Notes: generated by a model not told the origin, from the sequence alone. A stretch of DNA of 49,370 nucleotides from Lysobacterales bacterium (GCA_022844165.1 JALHMH010000035.1:1-49370); one strand, 5' to 3'. Counted from the stretch's first letter, positions 29,448-39,253 are shown. Made by a program: numbers and translations.

Positions 29448-30315
29448 GCGCAACCACGCGCTCTCGCGCCTCGGGCGCCGCCGCATAGGCAACGACGTCA
29501 GGCGCGGCCGCTCTCGCAGCAAGCACGCGCAGACGTTCGTCGGCGCGTCGACGCTGCAGCGTCTTGAGCAAGGTCAGTTTTGCCTCCAGCGGGCGATCGA
29601 CGACGATTGACAGAGTCGCCACGACGGTTCGAGATCCGACACTCGCGGCGATCACGCAACACCAGAGCCCCGGTTCACTGGGCATGCCGAAGAGTTTGCC
29701 ATCGTGACTGAGAAACACACCTGGCGGCAACCAACCTTCGGCAACCGACCAGCGTACCGACTCGGCCTGTTGCGCCGTCAGTTCGAATGGGAACTGTACC
29801 GCCTCGTTGCAGCGCATGACCGGTAGACGCGCGGCGGCGATCGCCAATGGCGGCGCCGGCACGACCACGATTTGCCAACGCCTCGTTTGTCCACTCGCGC
29901 CTTCCGCGAACTCAACCCAGAACTGACCTGATTCTTCCGGTGTGCCATACAGTGCGCGGCACTCGTGACCGAAATGTACGCCTGCTGGCAACCGAGTGCC
30001 CGGCAGCAGACGCACCTCCTCGCCCATGGATAACTCGGCATACCAGGTTTGCCCCTGAACGACTGGGGGCAACGAGCGCAGGTAGCGCCGCAGCGCAATT
30101 CGAGCCCGGCGTATATCGTCTTCGTTTTCTGGAAGGAGAGAATTCCGTTCGTCGCCCGGTTCCTTGACCGGGCGAGATCCGGATTCATGCGTCGTTTGAT
30201 TCTTGAGTTGGCTTTGCGCCAAAAGGGAAGCGCGGTCGGTGGGAAAATACGCCGTTGAACGAAGCCGGGAATGCTCGTCGGTGTGAGGTGGAGCCTCGCT
30301 CGGAATCTGGGCCAT
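29413..30315 (-). CDS. Hypothetical protein with two putative Ig (He_PIG-like) domains
   Basis: GTRLPAGVHF...LYGTPEESG and WSVAEGWLPPGVFLSHDGKLFGMPSEPG match the putative Ig signature. Start uncertain, since 30546 overlaps the divergent gene. Confidence 0.55.
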   Translation of the reverse strand: MAQIPSEAPPHTDEHSRLRSTAYFPTDRASLLAQSQLKNQTTHESGSRPVKEPGDERNSLLPENEDDIRRARIALRRYLRSLPPVVQGQTWYAELSMGEEVRLLPGTRLPAGVHFGHECRALYGTPEESGQFWVEFAEGASGQTRRWQIVVVPAPPLAIAAARLPVMRCNEAVQFPFELTAQQAESVRWSVAEGWLPPGVFLSHDGKLFGMPSEPGLWCCVIAASVGSRTVVATLSIVVDRPLEAKLTLLKTLQRRRADERLRVLAARAAAPDVVAYAAAPEARERVVALSRMSERSAFR

Positions 30316-30457
30316 GGTGCTCACTCTGGAATCAGTTGAAAGGACATACGCAGAAGCATCCGAAGGCCGTGCATCGCCCGACAAGGCGACCGGTTTCGAG
30401 TGATAAATTGCTTTGCGCGCATGAGCCCAAGCGCGGGTATCCTCGCGGCTTAGACCC

Positions 30458-33400
30458 ATGAAAGATCGCGATATGACCCTTGGTTCTGGACGCTTATTGT
30501 TGTCAACGTTGCTGCTACTGGCGTTTTCGGCAACGGCTGCCGACACCGATCAGACCGCGACCACGCCCGATCGTTTTTCCGGCATGCAGTGGCGCGAGGT
30601 GGGCCCTTATCGCGGAGGACGCGCGGCAGCCATCGAGGGTGTGCCCGGCAACGCGTCTTTGTATTACATGGGCGCAACGGGCGGAGGTGTCTGGAAAACG
30701 GCGGATGCCGGCCTGACCTGGCAGAACATATCCGATGGCTATTTCGGCGGCTCGATCGGCGCCGTCGTGGTGGCACCGGGGGATCCCAATGTGATTTACG
30801 TTGGCACAGGCGAAGGCACGCTGCGTGGCAACGTCAGTCAGGGCGACGGCGTCTGGCGCAGCGTCGATGCTGGCCGTACCTGGACGCACGTCGGCCTGGC
30901 AAATTCGCGCACTATTCCGCGCATGGCAGTCGATCCGCGCAATCCGGATATCGTGCTGGTCGCCGCATTGGGTGATGTGTTCGCGCCCAGCGAGGACCGC
31001 GGCGTGTATCGCACGACCGACGGTGGCAAGTCCTGGAAGCGTGTGCTGTTTGTCGGCCCGCAAGCTGGCGCCAACGAAGTCATTATGGACCCGACCAATC
31101 CACGCATCGTTTACGCGACGACATGGCGCGTGCAGCGTGGACCGCATTTTTTCACCAGCGGTGGCGAGGGTTCTGGTCTTTGGAAAAGCACCGACGGTGG
31201 TGAGACGTGGATTTCTCTGAGCGGCAATGAAGGGCTGCCGAAAGCCAACGACCAGACGCCGACCGGCATCCATACCATCGCCGTCAGTGCCAGCAAACCC
31301 GATAATCTTTATGCCATGGTCGAAGCCGAAGAAGGCGGTTTGTTCCGTTCGCGAGATGCCGGCAAAACCTGGACCCGTGTGAATGGAGATCGGGCTTTGC
31401 GTCAACGCGCCTGGTACTTCTCCGGTGTGGCCGCCGATCCGAAGGACCCAGAGACCGTCTGGGTACAAAACGTGCGCCTGCATCGCTCGAAGGATGGCGG
31501 CAAGAGCTTCACAGTTGTCGCAACACCTCACGCGGACCACCACGACCACTGGATCGACCCGTCCAATCCAGACCGCATTGCCAGTGCCAGCGACGGCGGC
31601 GGCTGCATCTCGAATGACGGCGGCACAACCTGGTCCACGCAAGACAACCAGCCCACTGCGCAGCTCTATCGCGTCGCGACCGATGACGCATTCCCATACC
31701 GCCTGCTCGCTGGCCAACAGGACAACTCGGCGATCCGAATTCGCTCACGTTCGCTACGCAGCGGCGCCATCGACAGCCGCGAATGGGAAGCCACTGCTGG
31801 CGGCGAGAGTGGTTGGATAGCCCCTAAACCGAATTCGCCAGACATCGTCTTCGGTGGTTCCTATATGGGCTACCTGGTGCGCCTCGATCACACCACCGAC
31901 GCCGAACGCGGAGTCAACATCTGGCCGGAGGAAACCATGGGCCATTCCGCCAAAGACGTCAAATACCGATTCCAGTGGAACTTTCCCCTGGTGTTCTCGC
32001 GGCACCGAAAGGAGCGCCTATACGCTGCAGGCAACCGGCTGTTCGCGAGCGACAACGACGGCCAGAGCTGGACGCCCATCAGCCCGGACCTGACCCGCGC
32101 CGACCCGGCCACAATGGGAGCATCGGGCGGACCTATCACTAAGGACAACACCAGCGTGGAGTACTACGGTACGATCTTCTCGTTGGCCGAATCGGCACTC
32201 GATGCGCAAACACTCTGGACCGGCAGCGACGACGGCCGGATCCACATCAGTCGCGATGGCGGGACGTCCTGGAACGACGTCACGCCACGCAATGCGCCCA
32301 AGGACATCCAGTGGAATTCGCTGGAGGCGAGCCCCTTTGAAGACGCGGCTTTATACGCCGTGGGCACACGCTACAAACTCGGCGATCGACGGCCTTTTTT
32401 GTTTCGCACCAGCGACGGCGGACAATCCTGGCGAGCGATCGTCGATGGTATCGATGCCACGCACTTCACGCGCGCGCTGCGCGCCGATCCGAAACGGCGT
32501 GGCGTGTTGTATGCCGGCACCGAGCGCGGTCTTTATCTATCGATGAATAACGGCGATCGCTGGCGCTACTTCCAACTGAATCTGCCTTTGGTACCGATCA
32601 CAGACCTTGCGATTCGCGATGGAGACCTGATCGCCGCGACTCAGGGGCGCGGCTTCTGGATCCTCGACGACCTGTCGCCAATCGTTCAAGACAACGGTGC
32701 TGACTTCAAGTTGTACGCGCCACGCATCAGTCATCGCTTAAATTCGTTTGCCGTCGAAAAGCCGCGCGCCGCGGGTACCAACCCACCACCGGGAACGATG
32801 TTGTATTACCGCTTGCCGAGAGCTGCGACATCGGACGACACATTGACGTTGAGCTTCGCGACAGCCGACGGTACGCCGATCATCAACTACACACGGAAGC
32901 CGTCGAAAGAAGAATCTAAAGACGCCAAGCCACCCAAAGGCCAGGATTTGCGTCTGTTGCCGAGCGCCGCGGGGCTGAATCGTTTCGCGTGGGACGGCCG
33001 CTATCCTGCCGCCACGGGTTTCGACGGTTTGGTTTTGTGGGGCGACGACGATCTACCTGGCCCCCGTGTGGTCCCAGGCCGTTATCGGGCAACACTGAGC
33101 TTCGCTGGCGAAACACAAACCCAAGAATTCGAAATTCTCGCCGACCCCCGGACCCGGACCACGGGTGCGGAGTACCAAGCGCAACTGCAAGCCGCACTCG
33201 ATCTAAGCAAACAAGTGTCGGCCGTTCATCAGCGCGTTGGCAAGCTGGTACAACTGGAGAAGGCACTCGGTGGCCTGAAGCCAAGGATTACCGGGCAACC
33301 AGCTCTGGCAGAGGCCTTGGACGCACTGGAGAAACGGCGCGCCGCTGCGACGGAAGCCCTCTATCAACCCCGCCTGCAAAGCGAACAAGACCCGCTCAAT

Positions 33401-33622
33401 TTTCCGGTGCGCTTGAACAACAAGTTGACGACTCTGCTTTTTTGGATCAGCTACGGCGACAATCCGCCAACCGATGCGCAGTTGGCATTGAAGGACGAGC
33501 TTTCGGCGCAAGCCAGCAGCGCGATGGCCGAAGCCGACGAAGTGCTTGGCGTTGGCGTGGATCAATTTAACGCGAAACTCTCAGCTGCTGGATTGACTGT
33601 ACTGGAACCCGTGTCGCTTTAG
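30458..33622 (+). CDS. Secreted BNR/Asp-box (VPS10/sortilin-like, glycosyl hydrolase-annotated) protein
   Basis: Signal peptide; WREVGPYRGGR; many S/T-x-D-G-G-x-T/S-W Asp-boxes; ATQGRGFWILDD; helical C-terminus. Confidence 0.88.
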   Translation: MKDRDMTLGSGRLLLSTLLLLAFSATAADTDQTATTPDRFSGMQWREVGPYRGGRAAAIEGVPGNASLYYMGATGGGVWKTADAGLTWQNISDGYFGGSIGAVVVAPGDPNVIYVGTGEGTLRGNVSQGDGVWRSVDAGRTWTHVGLANSRTIPRMAVDPRNPDIVLVAALGDVFAPSEDRGVYRTTDGGKSWKRVLFVGPQAGANEVIMDPTNPRIVYATTWRVQRGPHFFTSGGEGSGLWKSTDGGETWISLSGNEGLPKANDQTPTGIHTIAVSASKPDNLYAMVEAEEGGLFRSRDAGKTWTRVNGDRALRQRAWYFSGVAADPKDPETVWVQNVRLHRSKDGGKSFTVVATPHADHHDHWIDPSNPDRIASASDGGGCISNDGGTTWSTQDNQPTAQLYRVATDDAFPYRLLAGQQDNSAIRIRSRSLRSGAIDSREWEATAGGESGWIAPKPNSPDIVFGGSYMGYLVRLDHTTDAERGVNIWPEETMGHSAKDVKYRFQWNFPLVFSRHRKERLYAAGNRLFASDNDGQSWTPISPDLTRADPATMGASGGPITKDNTSVEYYGTIFSLAESALDAQTLWTGSDDGRIHISRDGGTSWNDVTPRNAPKDIQWNSLEASPFEDAALYAVGTRYKLGDRRPFLFRTSDGGQSWRAIVDGIDATHFTRALRADPKRRGVLYAGTERGLYLSMNNGDRWRYFQLNLPLVPITDLAIRDGDLIAATQGRGFWILDDLSPIVQDNGADFKLYAPRISHRLNSFAVEKPRAAGTNPPPGTMLYYRLPRAATSDDTLTLSFATADGTPIINYTRKPSKEESKDAKPPKGQDLRLLPSAAGLNRFAWDGRYPAATGFDGLVLWGDDDLPGPRVVPGRYRATLSFAGETQTQEFEILADPRTRTTGAEYQAQLQAALDLSKQVSAVHQRVGKLVQLEKALGGLKPRITGQPALAEALDALEKRRAAATEALYQPRLQSEQDPLNFPVRLNNKLTTLLFWISYGDNPPTDAQLALKDELSAQASSAMAEADEVLGVGVDQFNAKLSAAGLTVLEPVSL

Positions 33623-33739
33623 GATCGGATCAAGCCTCGTATCTGCGCGAAACTGTCGGAAAACTAACCAGACCGGAGCAAACGCGGCAGCAACGGCCGG
33701 ATCGTGTTTCAATATCCAGGTCTCGATCGGAGGCTTGTT

Positions 33740-34045
33740 ATGCGCCACATTCTCATACCTGTGGTTTTGCTGTTCGCGCCCTTTGCGTCTGCAGATGCCA
33801 TGCGCTGCGGCAACCAGCTGGCAACCGAAGGCATGACCCGATACCAGGTAAGCGAGCGCTGCGGCGAACCAGATGATGTGGTTTCGCGTGTCGACGTCGT
33901 TTATCGCCACGTCGCACCGGATCGAACGGTTGCTCGGGAAGTGCAGATTGAAGAATGGTACTACGACCGACCGAGCAACTCGTTCGACCGACGATTGGTT
34001 TTTGTCGATGGCCGACTGCGGCGTGTCGAAACGCTGGACAGGTGA
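33740..34045 (+). CDS. DUF2845 family small secreted protein
   Basis: Signal peptide, then AMRCGNQL...G....V..RCGEP, EEWYY, F.DGRL; GGAGG RBS. Confidence 0.85.
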   Translation: MRHILIPVVLLFAPFASADAMRCGNQLATEGMTRYQVSERCGEPDDVVSRVDVVYRHVAPDRTVAREVQIEEWYYDRPSNSFDRRLVFVDGRLRRVETLDR

Positions 34046-34107
34046 AGGACCGCAAGAATCGGTTCGGCTGGGCGCCGAACCGATCAGCGAAATGACCAGG
34101 CGTCAGG

Positions 34108-34323
34108 TCAGGCGGGGATTTCGCCGCAAGCAACCGCATTGTAGGTTCGGGCGGAAGAAAATGTGACGGAGCCGTCGCTCCAAAGTGTCATCGTCGTTGT
34201 GACATCTTCGCAGGTCCCTGCGTCATAGCTGTAACTGCTATGCGTATAAACCGGTACCGTCGAGTGCGCCACTTGACTGGCGGACATCATCACAACAAGC
34301 GCAAAAGCAGCAAACATCTTCAT
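34108..34323 (-). CDS. Small secreted protein, 71 aa, 2 Cys
   Basis: GGAG RBS; signal MKMFAAFALVVMMSASQVAHS; mature part beta-strand-like with a Cys pair. Confidence 0.6.
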   Translation of the reverse strand: MKMFAAFALVVMMSASQVAHSTVPVYTHSSYSYDAGTCEDVTTTMTLWSDGSVTFSSARTYNAVACGEIPA

Positions 34324-34418
34324 GGGCAATCTCCAATAGAGGTGGAAGCAATGGCACAAGAGTGCCTTTGCAATTCATCTATCGGACTGACGCGCTCAAA
34401 ACGATCAATGACGGAAAA

Positions 34419-34886
34419 TCACCAGGCTTTGCCGAGCCGGATGACGTTGCGACCTTCCTCGAAAGCGTACGTGAATTCGTCCATCATCGATTTGACCAGA
34501 TGCAACCCAAGGCCACCGGTGCCGCGCTCGTGTAAACCGGCCTCCACATCGGGCGCATCCACCTGGGTCGGGTCGAAACGTCTGCCGCCATAACTGACCA
34601 CAGCGCGCAGTGAATCCGTGGCAACGATCAGATCGACTTGCATGGGATCGTCCAGAGTGACTTCTCCGTGCGTAATCGCATTGGTCAGCAGTTCGTCGAG
34701 CGCAATTTGCATCGAACGCATGGCCGGCTCTGGCACATCGCCAGCCATGACTGCGCGCTCCAGCGCATCGTTTACTGCACCGATCTCGGTACGTCCGCCT
34801 CGAATGCGAAAGTTCCAAACCTGCGGCTCAGCCGCCTGGGTTGCAACATTGGAGCGACGAAACCAGCGTTTCAACCATTGCCACAT
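34419..34886 (-). CDS. RsbW/SpoIIAB-like anti-sigma factor HATPase protein
   Basis: N-box ALDELLTNAITHG, FDP, G2 GGLGLHLVKSMMD, terminal GRNVIRL. Alternative start 34904. Confidence 0.85.
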   Translation of the reverse strand: MWQWLKRWFRRSNVATQAAEPQVWNFRIRGGRTEIGAVNDALERAVMAGDVPEPAMRSMQIALDELLTNAITHGEVTLDDPMQVDLIVATDSLRAVVSYGGRRFDPTQVDAPDVEAGLHERGTGGLGLHLVKSMMDEFTYAFEEGRNVIRLGKAW

Positions 34887-34969
34887 GACCAATTCCGTCT
34901 TCACGAATGAATGTAAACATGCCCGGAATCGCGTTCCAGCACAAGCTTGCCGAGGTCAGTACGCAACGG

Positions 34970-36373
34970 CTAAGAACGCGCGCCAAGCTGCGACTCGAGT
35001 TCCGTCCAATTGCCCGGCACGAGTTTGCCCTTGGCCAGATCCAGCAACCTGAAAGCCTCGCTGCGATTACCTCGTGCAGCGAGACGCTCGATTTCAGCTT
35101 TCGTGGCAGCGCCCAGTTTCACAAAACCGCTCTGCACAGCAGCTTGATCCACCCGTTGCATCGACAAACGATTCAGGACTTCGAACGCGTTATCGCCCTC
35201 CGGTTCAAAAAGCTGGCCTTGCGATATCAGACGTTCCGCCCGTTCAATTTCGGCAGAGAGGTTGCCTTGGGTAGCGGCCAATTGCCGAGATGGCGCCGCC
35301 GCAGGCACAGACGCCGGCACTTCGGCCGGACGACGCCCCACCCACCAGGCTGCCAATGCGATCAGCGCCGCCAACACAACCAGAACCAGACCAATCCGTA
35401 GCACCGCCTTCCTGGGATTGCTTTTGGGCACGGCGGTTCGTGAGGGCAACACATTTGGCACCACCGGCTGCTGGACGGTGGGCGGACTTGCCGATTGAAT
35501 CGGCGGGGCTACGATCTTGGTTGCGCTCGGTTTTGCCGGCTTCGCGGCCGGTGGCGGCTCCACTGCGCGCAGTTCGCGGACCGTCTTGGGATCGAGGTAA
35601 CCGTCGATCGCGACAATCAGCTCCCGCGCATTGGCAAACCGAGCATCTACGGATTTGGCGAGCGTCTTGTCAATGAGCGGCTGATAAAGCGAGATCGAAT
35701 CTGGCAGCGCAGGAACCGGATCGGACAGGTGCTTGCCGATGACGACAAAGGGGTCATCTGCATCGAACGGCGGGCGTCCCGTGAGCATTTCGAACAACAC
35801 CACACCGAGACTATAAAGGTCCGATCGACCATCGCCCGTCGCACCCTCGATTTGTTCGGGGCTCATATAGTGCGGCGAACCCATCATCATCGACGGTCCT
35901 GCGTTCTGTGCCTTGAGAATTCCAAGATCGCCGAGAACGGCGCCACCATCGGCGCGAAACATGATGTTCGCCGGTTTAATGTCGCGATGCACCACACCCT
36001 GGGAGTGCGCGTAGTCAAGCGCGCTCGCCAGCTCGCGCGAAATGCGCAACGCCTCCGCCGGCGCCATGGGTTGCTGCATCCGCTCGCGCAACGACCCCCC
36101 ACTGACAAATTCGGTCGCAATGAAAGGATAACCGCCGGCCGAACCAATATCGAAGACAGCCAGTACATGCGGATGATTGAGCCGGGCGGCGCTTTTGCCT
36201 TCATCAACAAAGCGCTGCCGCAGACCCGGATCGTCGAAGAACTCCTCGCTCAGAACCTTGAGCGCCACTTGCCGTGCAAGGGACTGCTGTTCGGCCAAAA
36301 AAGTTGTCGAACGTTTGCTGGCTTTGAGCTGCTTCAACAATCGATAGCCCGGAATCTCCGGCAACTGCGCCAT
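34970..36373 (-). CDS. Membrane-anchored Hanks-type Ser/Thr protein kinase
   Basis: VALK, HRDIKPANI, DLG, GSPHYMSPE, SDLYSLG; Pro-rich linker, one TM, helical periplasmic tail (PEGDNA). Confidence 0.92.
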   Translation of the reverse strand: MAQLPEIPGYRLLKQLKASKRSTTFLAEQQSLARQVALKVLSEEFFDDPGLRQRFVDEGKSAARLNHPHVLAVFDIGSAGGYPFIATEFVSGGSLRERMQQPMAPAEALRISRELASALDYAHSQGVVHRDIKPANIMFRADGGAVLGDLGILKAQNAGPSMMMGSPHYMSPEQIEGATGDGRSDLYSLGVVLFEMLTGRPPFDADDPFVVIGKHLSDPVPALPDSISLYQPLIDKTLAKSVDARFANARELIVAIDGYLDPKTVRELRAVEPPPAAKPAKPSATKIVAPPIQSASPPTVQQPVVPNVLPSRTAVPKSNPRKAVLRIGLVLVVLAALIALAAWWVGRRPAEVPASVPAAAPSRQLAATQGNLSAEIERAERLISQGQLFEPEGDNAFEVLNRLSMQRVDQAAVQSGFVKLGAATKAEIERLAARGNRSEAFRLLDLAKGKLVPGNWTELESQLGARS

Positions 36374-36416
36374 TCGCTACTCCGCACCAAACCCGGACTT
36401 CACGCGCCGAACCTTA

Positions 36417-37733
36417 TCACGGCGCCATCGCCTTGAGCGACTTCAAAGCGGCAACAAAACGACTCATGTCGTATTTGTCGCCATTCTCGACAGTGCCATA
36501 TAGTTGATCGACCCCAGATTGCAGCCGCTTCGCGGCCGCTTCATCGAGTTGTTTTGCGGTCTCAAACGCCACCACGACCGATTGCGCTGCGAGAGCCGCC
36601 TGTTCGGCAGCGGCAAAGTCGCGAAATTCACCGCGCTCTGCGTCGCGTAACAAACTGCCAAGCACTTTGCCGAGCGTGTCCTCGTCAAACGCAAAACCGG
36701 CAACTTGATCGAGCGATTTCTCGATATCGTTCTTGACAGTCCGTGCAGCCGCCATCGTCTGATCGCGGCCCACGAGAGTCGCGCGATGCAGTGCCTTGGT
36801 GTCGGCAAGAAGTTTTTCCGCAGCCGCCGGGTCCACCACGCTCAAGACATGCCGATACATCACAAGATTGCTGTCGCCCAGCCGCACGGCACCGGGCCCA
36901 AGCCCCGTTCCAGGACGTGGCCCCCACTGGTTTCCTGCCATCGGTCGATGACACGCGTGGCAATCGAACAACACCAACTCAGGGAAAATTCCGTTCCAGC
37001 CGTGATTTGGGTCCAGCAGGACATCCAGCAGATTCGCCGCTGCGAGACCCTGACCCAATGCCCAGTCACGACTGCCATTGAACTCGCCCTTCCGCTCGAT
37101 GTAGTCGGCGTCGATCTCGTAGTGCGGATTCAGCCACGTAAAGGTATCCAGCTCAAACGACAACCGCGGATGGCCAGCGCCCATGATCTCGTGCGTGATC
37201 ATGCGATCGCGAGTGCCCATATGGCAGGTCAGGCACAGCTTGGCGCGCGCGACCGGTTCGTTGGTCGGGTAGAGGCCATCAGCAATCAACTTCGATCGAT
37301 CAGCATTCGGATCTGCATGGGCGGCGACCCATTTCTCCGAGCCACCATGACAGGCTTCGCAGGACACACCGTCTTCGACGAGAAACTTCTCGCCTCGTTT
37401 AGCCTCAGGTACGTTATGCGTGTGGCAATCCAAACAAACTTTGGCCTTGGTTGCATCGCCAAGGCCGAGTTTGCGGGCGATCGCCTGCGATTGCGCCGTT
37501 GCCAACGTCGCGAACGACCTGGCGTGAGGATCGACCTGCTGCCAGATACTGAATTCATTGCCAAGAATTGGCGAATTGGCACTGCGCTGATTCGCGCCAT
37601 GGCACACAGAGCTTGCGCAGCTCGCTGCACCCAGGTGCTGATGCGCAAAAATAGTCTCAACAGTGCCGGCCCAAGCTGGAGGCCAGGTCACTGCTCCCAT
37701 CAGCAGGCCAACGATCACGCGCGCAAATCGCAT
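36417..37733 (-). CDS. Periplasmic multiheme c-type cytochrome (c554/c552-like), 5 heme motifs
   Basis: Signal peptide ending AWA; CASSVCH (CX4CH), CLDCH, CEACH, CLTCH, CHACH; GVSCEACHG signature. Confidence 0.88.
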   Translation of the reverse strand: MRFARVIVGLLMGAVTWPPAWAGTVETIFAHQHLGAASCASSVCHGANQRSANSPILGNEFSIWQQVDPHARSFATLATAQSQAIARKLGLGDATKAKVCLDCHTHNVPEAKRGEKFLVEDGVSCEACHGGSEKWVAAHADPNADRSKLIADGLYPTNEPVARAKLCLTCHMGTRDRMITHEIMGAGHPRLSFELDTFTWLNPHYEIDADYIERKGEFNGSRDWALGQGLAAANLLDVLLDPNHGWNGIFPELVLFDCHACHRPMAGNQWGPRPGTGLGPGAVRLGDSNLVMYRHVLSVVDPAAAEKLLADTKALHRATLVGRDQTMAAARTVKNDIEKSLDQVAGFAFDEDTLGKVLGSLLRDAERGEFRDFAAAEQAALAAQSVVVAFETAKQLDEAAAKRLQSGVDQLYGTVENGDKYDMSRFVAALKSLKAMAP

Positions 37734-37814
37734 TCCGGTCTCCCACGTCGTGCTTCCCCAAGCTGCTCGCATTCTGCCACGTCAAAGCGCAAAGTGGAGA
37801 AATGGTGAAGCGAT

Positions 37815-39041
37815 TCAGCGCAACTCCTCTGAAGTCGGATAGCGACCCATGGTCAGCAACAAAAGCGCACCAAGAACGAAAAACCCAGCGATCCAAGGCA
37901 GCACCGGGTTATAGCTGCCGAAATGATCGAACACCTTACCGGCGGCAAACGGCGCCAATCCGGACGCGAGTCCGAATGCTGCATATTGCACGCCATAGAT
38001 TCGCCCGTAGTGCCGAAGCCCAAAATACCGCGCCGACAAAAACGCCAACAGGTCCGACTCGGCGCCTGCTGCCGCGCCGAGCAACACCGCAGCGAGTATG
38101 GCCTGCGAAGTTGACACCTGATCTTGCATCAGCAGAAGCGCCGCCACGGCGGGCAGCGCGAGCAGCGGCAATGTGACGCCGGGCGCCCAATAGCGATCGA
38201 TTAACCACCCCGCCAGCAAGCGACCGGCAATGATGCTCACGCCAATCGCACCAGCGACACGTGCCGCAGCCGCTGAACTAAAGCCCTTGTCGATCAGCAA
38301 AGGTTGAAAGTTAATGAACAAACCACCGATCCCAAGTGCGATCAACAGGATCGACAGCATCATGGCCCAGAAGCGCCACTGCGACGCGGCCACACGCAGT
38401 GTCAAACCGGCGGGGACGGCTTGCTCGTGGCGTGGGTTACCGTCGTGCGGCGGCATCGGATGCAAGTAGCGCCAGGCGAGCGGCAGCGCGACCAGAATCG
38501 GCAACGCAGCAATCGCCAAAATGGCCTTGCGCCATCCCCATTGCTCGATCAACCATGCAGCAAAACTGGGCAAAAACGCCGCTGTCAAACCGGTGCCCAT
38601 CAACGCAATCGCCAGCGCCAAACCGCGATTCACCGGAAACCAGTCGTTGATCGCACGCGTCCATGAGATAGGCGTCGAACCTGCACCGACAATGCCAACA
38701 AGCGCCCAGATCGCATAAAACGCAATCAGGTGATTGGGAACGAAGGCCAGCAACGCCAGCGCGGCCGCGTATGCGGCGGTCGCCGCCAGAGCCACCTGAC
38801 GCACCCCGATGCGATCGATCAAGGCACCAATGAACGGGATCGTTGCAACCGCAGCGAGCGTAAAGCAGAACAACGCCAGTTGCATATCGCCGCGACCCCA
38901 GCCGAACTCGCTGGTGACCGGCAGCGTGAACACCCCAACCATATTGAATGGTACCGGCGATGCGCCTAGCGCGATGCCAACAGTGCAGGACAGCAGCAAG
39001 AATCTGCCGGTCGAAAATTCCTGGTAGCGCGAGCCGTTCAT
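37815..39041 (-). CDS. MFS transporter
   Basis: About 12 TMs; motif A GALIDRIGVR and GWLIDRY; YFGLRHYGRIYG. Alternative start 39068. Confidence 0.9.
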   Translation of the reverse strand: MNGSRYQEFSTGRFLLLSCTVGIALGASPVPFNMVGVFTLPVTSEFGWGRGDMQLALFCFTLAAVATIPFIGALIDRIGVRQVALAATAAYAAALALLAFVPNHLIAFYAIWALVGIVGAGSTPISWTRAINDWFPVNRGLALAIALMGTGLTAAFLPSFAAWLIEQWGWRKAILAIAALPILVALPLAWRYLHPMPPHDGNPRHEQAVPAGLTLRVAASQWRFWAMMLSILLIALGIGGLFINFQPLLIDKGFSSAAAARVAGAIGVSIIAGRLLAGWLIDRYWAPGVTLPLLALPAVAALLLMQDQVSTSQAILAAVLLGAAAGAESDLLAFLSARYFGLRHYGRIYGVQYAAFGLASGLAPFAAGKVFDHFGSYNPVLPWIAGFFVLGALLLLTMGRYPTSEELR

Positions 39042-39167
39042 GGTCAAGAGTTCGTCGTGGTTGGGCACGGTCGACAGGTACCACGTCTGCCTGCTGTCAA
39101 CCAGCGATCCTTGGCGTCCATCTGCAAGTTCGAATTTCGGCGAGCATACGCGTAACGTTCGAGCAGC

Positions 39168-39194
39168 AAAAAGGCGCCTTTAAGGCGCCTTTTT
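39168..39194. terminator. Bidirectional intrinsic terminator after rplS
   Basis: AAAAAGGCGCCTT-T-AAGGCGCCTTTTT perfect palindrome with A/T tails. Confidence 0.85.
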
Positions 39195-39253
39195 CTTGTT
39201 CTTTCGAACCCGGCCTGGCGTCCTAGACGCCCGGCGGTCTGGGCGGAGTGTCG

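Noticed and set aside
30680-32570. Recurrent GACGGCGGC...TGG motifs as a possible CRISPR or DNA repeat array
   Set aside because: These are Asp-box protein repeats, degenerate at the DNA level and irregularly spaced.
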